Source of the DNA: an uncultured Chloroflexia bacterium
Lineage (GTDB): Bacteria; Chloroflexota; Chloroflexia; Thermomicrobiales; UBA6265
NCBI GenBank assembly: GCA_963724295.1
Contig: CAVRUC010000004.1
Span: forward strand, 224,001-288,000
Direction of reading: 5' to 3'
DNA: 64,000 nucleotides
The translations under genes and the position numbers were made by a program. Shown in pieces: positions 56,857-64,000 of the stretch (within the stretch, counting starts at the first letter, position 1; each line of letters opens with the position of its first letter). The notes under the pieces were generated by a model, which was not told the origin of the DNA, did no database searches, and worked only from the letters and a program-made list of their open reading frames with translations.

Positions 56857-58098
56857 ATGGTCGAGTCTGCGCGAGCCGGCGGGCGCTCTCCCGACGTAAT
56901 CGTCGTCGGTGGAGGCGTCACCGGAACTTCGATCGCGTGGCGGCTGGCGCAGGCGCGACATCGTGTCCTGTTACTCGAGCGGCGCGGCATCTGCGCCGGG
57001 GCCTCGGGTCGCAACGCCGGCCATACTGGGGCGAGCTCGGGGATGCACGCGGCGCCGAGGACCGTCCGTGCTCTGCATGCCATAACCACCGCGAATCTTC
57101 GGCTCCTGAAAACGCTCCACGACGAACTGGATAGGGATTTCGAGCTCAGGCTCCCGGGGAGCATGGACGTGCTCACCACCCCCGAGCAACTGGCGCACGC
57201 CAAAGAGACGGTCGTCACGAAGCACGACGCTGGCAGCGACGTCGAGCTGCTCGATGGCGAGACCGCCCGCGCGATCATGCCCTCGCTCTCATCCCGCATC
57301 CTGGGCGCCACGTATGCACGAGACCGGGGGCACCTCTGGCCGTTCGCGCTCGTCACCGGCATGGCTGACGCCGCCGCCCGAGCAGGGGCCGAGATCCGCA
57401 TCGGAGCGCGCGTCCAACGCCTGGCCCGTTCCGGCGATCGAGTCACCGGAGTCGTGGTCGATGGCGCAACGATCCACGCGACTGACGTGGTCCTGGCCAC
57501 CAACGCCTGGACACCGCAGCTCCTGCCCGAGCTTCCCGACGGGGCTCTCGTGCCGGCGCGGGGACAGATCCTGGTCACCCAACCGCTGCCACCGCTCCTG
57601 GCCTGCCCATTCGGGACGAACTTCGACAAGGAGTACGGCCGGCAGACGCCCGGTGGTCAGATCGTGTGCGGCGGGTACCGGCGGCTCGATGTCGGCGAGG
57701 GACTGGGAACGTACCGCGAAGACGTGACGCTTCCCGTGTTGGCCGGGATCGCTCGCTGCCTGAGCGATCTCTTCCCCATCCTGCGCGACAAGGCGCGGGT
57801 GGTGCGAGCCTGGTCCGGCATCATGGGGTTCACGGCCGATGGACTGCCGCTGATCGGCCGCTATGAACCGGCTCCGGGACTGACCATCGCCGCCGGATTC
57901 AACGGCGGCGGCTTCTCCTGGGGGGTCATCGTCGGCAAGGTCATCGCCAGTCTGCTGAGCGGGCAGGAGCCGGAATTCGACATCGCCCCGTTCCGCCCAG
58001 CGCGCTTCCTCGACGGCGACGTCGCCTGGGCAAATCCGTTCACCGCCGGGGAGAAGAACAACCCACGCCCGGCGCTTGCGCTCATCGACCAGGCCTGA
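56857..58098 (+). CDS. FAD-dependent oxidoreductase (DAO/sarcosine oxidase family)
   Basis: VGGGVTG, GASGRNAG, ATNAW, RGQ, WSG.MGFTADGLP.IG. Confidence 0.92.
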   Translation: MVESARAGGRSPDVIVVGGGVTGTSIAWRLAQARHRVLLLERRGICAGASGRNAGHTGASSGMHAAPRTVRALHAITTANLRLLKTLHDELDRDFELRLPGSMDVLTTPEQLAHAKETVVTKHDAGSDVELLDGETARAIMPSLSSRILGATYARDRGHLWPFALVTGMADAAARAGAEIRIGARVQRLARSGDRVTGVVVDGATIHATDVVLATNAWTPQLLPELPDGALVPARGQILVTQPLPPLLACPFGTNFDKEYGRQTPGGQIVCGGYRRLDVGEGLGTYREDVTLPVLAGIARCLSDLFPILRDKARVVRAWSGIMGFTADGLPLIGRYEPAPGLTIAAGFNGGGFSWGVIVGKVIASLLSGQEPEFDIAPFRPARFLDGDVAWANPFTAGEKNNPRPALALIDQA

Positions 58099-58113
58099 AC
58101 GGAGACCGACAAC

Positions 58114-58941
58114 ATGGACTCGACGGAGCCGACGCCGCTGGAAACTGGGTGGCTGCCAACCACCCCCGTCGGCGATACCTACCTGCGCCGGTTTCTGCAC
58201 AACTGGGCAGGGATGTGTGCCGCCACAGCCCGCGCGCTCGGTGGCCACAGCCGGGATCTGCCGGCGGTGCTCATGGCCGATAGCGGCCGTCCGGTGGTTT
58301 TCTTCAACTGTGCGACGCTGATGCAACCGCTGGCGACGCAAACCGTGACGGACACACTCGACGAGATCGCCGCGTTCTTCGCTTTCGCCGATTCTTCACG
58401 CCCGGCAGAGGTACTTCTTGCCTCCGCCTGGCCAACCGGGGATCTGCGCCCATCTGGCTGGAATCTGATGGGGCACCCGCCGATCTTGCTTCAGCCGGCC
58501 GGGGCGGTGTCACGACCAGCTCCGCCCGACGTCGATATCCAGGAAGTGCGCGACCTGGAAGCACTGCACGCCTGGGAACGTGTCGTCATCGATGGGTATC
58601 CACTGGACGGTCTCGCCGGCGCCCCTGCCGGCACTGTCACTGCGGAAAGCTGGCTCGACGAGCCTCGATTGCGATTGTGGGTCGGCTGGGTGGGGAATCG
58701 CCCGGTCAGCGCATCATCGGCCTGGACCGAGCACGGCATCAACGATGTCACCCTGGTCGCGACGATCCCCGACGCCCGGGGGCGCGGCTATGGCGAAGCG
58801 CTCACCTGGCATGCGGCGCGGGCCGATCCCTCCTTGCCGGCGATGCTCCTCTCCTCGGACGCTGGCCGGTCTATCTACGAGCGGATGGGCTTTCTGCCCT
58901 TGCAGCGCATCACGCTCTGGTACCGAACACGGCCAGGCTGA
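58114..58941 (+). CDS. GNAT-family acetyltransferase
   Basis: VATIPDARGRGYG, SSDAGRSIYERMGF. Confidence 0.88.
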   Translation: MDSTEPTPLETGWLPTTPVGDTYLRRFLHNWAGMCAATARALGGHSRDLPAVLMADSGRPVVFFNCATLMQPLATQTVTDTLDEIAAFFAFADSSRPAEVLLASAWPTGDLRPSGWNLMGHPPILLQPAGAVSRPAPPDVDIQEVRDLEALHAWERVVIDGYPLDGLAGAPAGTVTAESWLDEPRLRLWVGWVGNRPVSASSAWTEHGINDVTLVATIPDARGRGYGEALTWHAARADPSLPAMLLSSDAGRSIYERMGFLPLQRITLWYRTRPG

Positions 58942-59029
58942 GTAACGCGTTGTCTCAGCCCTGAGACGTCTCAGCCGCACCGCGTCGCCCCTACCCCGCT
59001 CGACCCCGTCTAGCGTCTGCCGTCCCCGC

Positions 59030-60154
59030 CTACCCTGCCGGCCGCGCCTGCATCAGCCGGATCATCGGCTTGCGCGGTTTCGTCGCCGCGTCGCGGGCGA
59101 GCTGGATGGCGACAGCCTCGGCCAGATGCTCGAAAGCTTTGGCGGTCACCGAGTCCGGATGCGCCGCCACGATCGGGCTGCCCGTGTCACCGCCCTCCCG
59201 AACGCTCGGGTCGATGGGAACTTCGCCGAGGAACGGCACGCCGTGTTCCTCCGCCGTGCGCCGCCCACCCCCTTCGCCGAAGATCGGGGTGACGGTACCG
59301 CAGCAGGGGCAGACGAACCCACTCATGTTCTCGATGATGCCGACGACCGGCGTCTTCACCTCCTGGAACATCTTCAGACCCTTGACCGCATCGGCCAGGG
59401 CCACGTCCTGCGGCGTGGTGACGATGACCGCCCCGGAGAGGGGAATCTTCTGCGTCAGCGTCAACTGGACGTCGCCAGTGCCCGGCGGCAAGTCGATCAC
59501 CAGGTAGTCGAGATCCTCCCAGAGGACGTCATTCAGGAACTGGGTGATCAGTTGCGCAACCAGCGGACCCCGCCAGATAAGAGCCTTGTCGGGATCGAGC
59601 AGGAACCCGATGCTCATGATCTTCACGCCGTGCGCCTCGAGCGGCACGATCTTGCCACCGCGCACCAGCGGCTTCGCACCTTGCCCCATCATCAGCGGGA
59701 TGCTGGGACCGTAGACGTCGGCGTCGAGCAGTCCAACTTTCGCGCCGGCCTTGCTCAGCGCCACCGCCAGATTCGCCGCCACCGTCGACTTGCCGACGCC
59801 GCCCTTCCCGGACGCGACCGCGATCGTGTTGCGCACCCCCGCGATCGGGTCGGCATCGGCCTTGCCCGAACCGGACGGCCGGACACGGGTGTGAAATGTC
59901 ACCTCCACCGTCTCCACGCCCGGAATCTCCTGGGCGGCGGCTTTCAGTTGTTGTTCGATCGCGTCACGGTAGGGCGCAATCGGAGAGAGCAGCTCGACGA
60001 TCAGGTTGACGCGGCTGCCCTCGATCTCGACCGCGGGAATCATGCGCAATTCGACCAGACTGCGGCCGATGGCCGGCTCCTGGACACCGGAGACCGCTTC
60101 CAGGACGCGCTCCTTGGTCAGCTCATTCCCCACTGGGGGTTGTGTAATCGACAC
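59030..60154 (-). CDS. apbC: Mrp/ApbC Fe-S cluster carrier ATPase
   Basis: SGKGGVGKST, DADVYGPS, WRGP, DLPPGTGD, VTTPQ, ENMS.FVCPCC. Confidence 0.95.
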   Translation of the reverse strand: MSITQPPVGNELTKERVLEAVSGVQEPAIGRSLVELRMIPAVEIEGSRVNLIVELLSPIAPYRDAIEQQLKAAAQEIPGVETVEVTFHTRVRPSGSGKADADPIAGVRNTIAVASGKGGVGKSTVAANLAVALSKAGAKVGLLDADVYGPSIPLMMGQGAKPLVRGGKIVPLEAHGVKIMSIGFLLDPDKALIWRGPLVAQLITQFLNDVLWEDLDYLVIDLPPGTGDVQLTLTQKIPLSGAVIVTTPQDVALADAVKGLKMFQEVKTPVVGIIENMSGFVCPCCGTVTPIFGEGGGRRTAEEHGVPFLGEVPIDPSVREGGDTGSPIVAAHPDSVTAKAFEHLAEAVAIQLARDAATKPRKPMIRLMQARPAG

Positions 60155-60363
60155 CGGGGAGATCTCAACTTTCTAGGTTCTCGGATTGAGTAGCGCGGAG
60201 CGTTACCCGGACTATGTTCCACAGAGACGATACTCCACGCGCGCGTGCCGGTGTCAGCGGCGAATTGCCCGTTGCGTACCGGCCATGCCGTCTCGCACAA
60301 TCGTCAGGTTGCGACCGGCACGACACGAGGATTCGCAGGGACAAGGACTAGGGCAAGAACACG

Positions 60364-61176
60364 ATGGTGACAAGCGAAATGGATCAGGACGCGGCGCCGA
60401 GCGAGCCATCGGCGGCGATTGACGCCGAGGCCATCCAGGTCGCGCGGGATGCCGCCGAGACGAGCGACGAGCCAACCGGTCCCAAGAAGATCGCGGTGGT
60501 CATGGCCCACCCGGATGACGCGGAGTTCATCTGCGCCGGGACCATCGCCCGCTGGACCGACGAGGGGCACGAGGTCGTCTATGTCCTGCTCACGTCCGGA
60601 GACAAGGGCAGCGACGACCCGGAGATGACGCCGGAGAGGCTCGCCGCGACGCGGGAGGCGGAGCAGCGAGAAGCAGCGCGTATCCTCGGGGCCAGAGACG
60701 TCATTTTCATGAGATGTCCCGATGGTGAGCTGGAGCCCAACCTCCAGTTGCGGCGCGAGATCGTGCGCGTCATTCGCCGGTTGAAACCCGATGTCGTCGT
60801 CTGCCAGGACCCGACCGTGCGCTGGGTAGACACCCAGTACATCAACCACCCCGATCACCGCGCCGCGGGCGAGGCGACCCTCGCCGCTGTCTTTCCGGCC
60901 GCCCGTGATCGCATGAACTTTCCCGAGCTCCTCGCCGAGGGACTCGAACCGCACAAGGTGCGCGAGATTTATCTCGCCGGCGCCCAGACCCCGGATGTGG
61001 CGATCGACATCACGGCGTACATCGAGCGCAAGATGGAATCTCTGCGCGCTCATGTTTCCCAGATGGGCGACTGGGACCCCGAGCCCATGGTCCGCGAGTG
61101 GGCCAAAGAGACCGCGGAGCAGCACCCTGGCAACGGGGATTATGTCGAGAGTTTCAAGTATTTCAAGCTCGACTGA
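60364..61176 (+). CDS. PIG-L/LmbE family deacetylase
   Basis: AHPDDAE, TSGDKG, R..EQ, HPDH. Confidence 0.93.
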   Translation: MVTSEMDQDAAPSEPSAAIDAEAIQVARDAAETSDEPTGPKKIAVVMAHPDDAEFICAGTIARWTDEGHEVVYVLLTSGDKGSDDPEMTPERLAATREAEQREAARILGARDVIFMRCPDGELEPNLQLRREIVRVIRRLKPDVVVCQDPTVRWVDTQYINHPDHRAAGEATLAAVFPAARDRMNFPELLAEGLEPHKVREIYLAGAQTPDVAIDITAYIERKMESLRAHVSQMGDWDPEPMVREWAKETAEQHPGNGDYVESFKYFKLD

Positions 61177-61239
61177 CCCGGTGCCATACTACGGACCAAT
61201 CGTGATTTCAGGTTGACCGCGTCCGAGGGAGATTGATTC

Positions 61240-62193
61240 ATGGCAGGCCCGAGCCCGATGCTGGATTACGCCTACTTCGAGGGCAACATCGTTCCCTTCG
61301 CTGACGCCAAGATCAGCGTCGGCACGCACGCCGTGCAATATGGCACGGGCGCGTTCGCCGGCATCCGTGGCTACCTCGACCAGGATGGTGAGACGATCAA
61401 CATCTTCCGCCTGCCGGAGCATGCGGCGCGGCTGCTCAACTCGGCCAAGCTCCTGCGCGCCCGTCTCCCCTTCACCCGGGAGAGCCTCGCCCAGACGATC
61501 GTGGCTCTGGTCGAGAAGAACGCTCCGACTGGAGACGTTTACATCCGCCCTTTCGTCTACAAATCCTCCGTGCAGCTGACACCGCGTCTCATCGGGCTCG
61601 ACGACGAGCTGGCAATCTACATGCTCCAGCTCGGCGATTACCTCGACACCGTTTCAGGCGTCAAGGCCTCCGTCTCCTCCTGGCATCGGGTCCCCGACAA
61701 CGCCGTGCCGGGACGGGGCAAGCTCTCCGGCGCCTATATCAACTCCGCGCTAGCCAAGGATGAGGCCGAGGAAAAGGGGGCCGACGAGGCTATCCTGCTC
61801 GACCAGCACGGGCACGTCGCCGAGGGGAGCGGCTGCAACCTCTTCCTGGTGCGGGACGGTTCGCTCGTCACGGCGCCCATCACCGGCGACATCCTGGAAG
61901 GGATCACTCGCCGCACGATGATGCAGTTTGCCCACGACGAAGGAATCTCGATCCAGGAGCGCGATATCGACCGCTCCGAGCTCTACATCGTCGACGAGGC
62001 GTTCTTCTGCGGCACCGGCGTCCAGATCGCCCCGATCGCCAGCATCGACGGACGCCCGGTCGGCGACGGCATCCCCGGTCCAATAACCATGCGCCTGAGG
62101 GAGCTCTTTTTCGACACCGTCCGCGGCCGCAATCCGAACTACGCGCACTATCTGACCCGAGTACGGGCAAGGGTTGCGTCGCCCGCGGATTGA
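61240..62193 (+). CDS. ilvE: Branched-chain amino acid aminotransferase
   Basis: HAVQYG, FRLPEH..RL, YIRP, GK..GAY.NS, EGSGCN, LEGITR, FCGTG. Confidence 0.93.
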   Translation: MAGPSPMLDYAYFEGNIVPFADAKISVGTHAVQYGTGAFAGIRGYLDQDGETINIFRLPEHAARLLNSAKLLRARLPFTRESLAQTIVALVEKNAPTGDVYIRPFVYKSSVQLTPRLIGLDDELAIYMLQLGDYLDTVSGVKASVSSWHRVPDNAVPGRGKLSGAYINSALAKDEAEEKGADEAILLDQHGHVAEGSGCNLFLVRDGSLVTAPITGDILEGITRRTMMQFAHDEGISIQERDIDRSELYIVDEAFFCGTGVQIAPIASIDGRPVGDGIPGPITMRLRELFFDTVRGRNPNYAHYLTRVRARVASPAD

Positions 62194-62303
62194 CGCAGAC
62201 GCCGGTTCAACCCCGATCACAGCTCCAACACTACCCACACCTGCCCTATCTTCCTGATCGGGAGGAACGGGAGGTTGAGGGTAATGGCTGACGTCAGGTC
62301 CAG

Positions 62304-64000
62304 TCAGACGGTCGCCGAATCCACCGCCGGCTCGAAGCCATGGAAGCGGTCGAACTCGGCGTGATGATGCGCCTGGTCGACGGGAACGACGACGACGAAG
62401 GGTCTCCCCTCCGCGTTCGCCTGCCTGGCCGTTTCCAGCGCGGGACGGAGGCCTGACGCCTCCTCGACGCGGATGGCCTCGATGCCGGCGGCCCTGGCGC
62501 TCCCGGCCAGGTCGGTCCCGGGTGCAAATTGGGTGGCGACGATCGGACCCTCGGTCCGCTTCTGGATCCACTGCACCCAGCCGAACGAGCTGTCGTCGAG
62601 GACCACCCATGTGACGGCCAACCCCTCCTGGGCCGCCGTCCCCAGCTCGTGCAACTGCATCTGGAATGCGCCGTCGCCCGTCGTACAAACGACCTGGCGG
62701 TCCGGCCGCGCCAGCTTCGCCGCCATGGCGCCGACGATCCCGTATCCCATAGCGGTCTGCTCGGCGGGCGGCACGCAGCAGCCGGGATCGAGCACCTGGT
62801 AGTAGGGCCAGAAGTAGGCCCACAGGTCCTGACCGCCGTTCTCCTTGACGAGGATGGTGTTGTCGCCGAAGACCCGGTTGACCTCGTGCACGATCGATTT
62901 GCCCTTCAGCGGCATGTCACCCTGATCCAGGGCATCTTCCGCATCCCCGGCCGCACCGGCGATGGCCGCCCGTCGTCCGGCGATGATGTCGGCGACATAG
63001 TCCTCGTTCCGGGTGAAGCCTCTCTCTTGCAGTGCCAGCGTCAGCGCATCGATTGCTTGCCTGGCGTCGGCCTGGATCGCCACATCCGGTTGCCAGTTTC
63101 GGCCCAGCTCGAACGGATCGATATCGATCTGGATCAACTTCGCGTTGTCTGGAAACGGGAGGAATCCACCCTGGAACTCCTCCATCCGGGAGCCAACCGT
63201 GATCAGCAGATCGGCTGATTCGTAGACATGCCGAGGAAAGGTCGTGCGGTACAGCCCGGTCAGCCCGCAGAATAGCGAGTGCGTCTCGGCGACCGACCCG
63301 CGGCCGGCAGGCGTGGTCTGGATCGGGATGCCAAACCGTTCGCTGAGGTCGCCGACCGCGCTGCCGGCTCCGGAGAGGATCGTGCCGCCACCCGTAATCA
63401 GGAGCGGCCGCTTTGCCGCGGCGATGAGATCGACAGCGGCCGCCAGCGCGGTGGGATCGGCGGCCGGGCGCGGAGCCGGCAGCGCCCGCGCGTAGGCCGG
63501 GATCTCCCAGACGCCCAGACCGATGTCGCCGGGCAGCTCGACGTAGACCGGCCCCGGCTGGCCGCTGGTGGCGATCTGGACGGCGCGGCGCATCACCCAG
63601 GGGATATTCTCCGGCAGCTCGACCGTGGTCGCCCACTTGGTGATCGAGGAGAGCATGGCGACGTGATCGGTCTCCTGAAACGAGCCTTTGCCATAGGTCT
63701 GGCGGGGAGAGCGCACCCCGAGCACGAGCATCGGCGTACAGCCCGAGTACGCCTCGAGAATACCGGGCACCAGGTTCGCGATCCCCGGTCCGGGGCAACC
63801 GAAGCAGGCGGCGATCTGATTGGTCACCCGAGCGTAGGCCATCGCCATGAAGGCGCCCGAGGTCTCGAAGCGGACCCCAATCGGCCGCGGTCCACCATCC
63901 GGCTCCATCGCTACGAGCGCGTCATACAGGTGACGCGGGTCCCCAGGGAGACCGAAGACGTACGGCACGCCCTCCGCCTTCATGGCGAGGACGACGGCTT
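62304..64000 (-). CDS. Thiamine-diphosphate-dependent enzyme (acetolactate-synthase-like), 5' truncated
   Basis: VFGLPG, RFE..GAFMA, PGPG..N, FQE.D, GPVYVELP, MGYG, GDGAF. The frame is open to the window edge. Confidence 0.92.
   Translation of the reverse strand, partial: AVVLAMKAEGVPYVFGLPGDPRHLYDALVAMEPDGGPRPIGVRFETSGAFMAMAYARVTNQIAACFGCPGPGIANLVPGILEAYSGCTPMLVLGVRSPRQTYGKGSFQETDHVAMLSSITKWATTVELPENIPWVMRRAVQIATSGQPGPVYVELPGDIGLGVWEIPAYARALPAPRPAADPTALAAAVDLIAAAKRPLLITGGGTILSGAGSAVGDLSERFGIPIQTTPAGRGSVAETHSLFCGLTGLYRTTFPRHVYESADLLITVGSRMEEFQGGFLPFPDNAKLIQIDIDPFELGRNWQPDVAIQADARQAIDALTLALQERGFTRNEDYVADIIAGRRAAIAGAAGDAEDALDQGDMPLKGKSIVHEVNRVFGDNTILVKENGGQDLWAYFWPYYQVLDPGCCVPPAEQTAMGYGIVGAMAAKLARPDRQVVCTTGDGAFQMQLHELGTAAQEGLAVTWVVLDDSSFGWVQWIQKRTEGPIVATQFAPGTDLAGSARAAGIEAIRVEEASGLRPALETARQANAEGRPFVVVVPVDQAHHHAEFDRFHGFEPAVDSATV

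Overview
High-GC chromosomal DNA, most likely from a Chloroflexota bacterium of the Thermomicrobiales type. That assignment is inferred from gene content: greA-lysS, FhaA/FhaB-VanW, TrpB2, DUF512, an MglA homologue and 'AQDSTP'-type secreted proteins. The window has about 55 mostly housekeeping or metabolic genes. I found no rRNA, tRNA, CRISPR array, transposase, integrase or prophage, and no complete multi-gene novel system that I can support. The best leads are: (1) a co-oriented run of an argininosuccinate-lyase homologue lacking both catalytic motifs, hflX with an apparent AUU start codon, and an MglA-type GTPase with Glu at the Ras-G12-equivalent position and no adjacent MglB; (2) four families of short non-coding palindromic or foldback repeats, one copy lying inside a CDS; (3) a DinB gene flanked by 14-bp inverted repeats; (4) an intrinsic terminator in the greA leader; (5) a tail-anchored protein with 15-residue repeats. 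Seven frameshifts in six genes are all single-base (+1) insertions, which points to insertion-biased long-read error rather than pseudogenes. All product calls come from motif recognition; no database searches were run.
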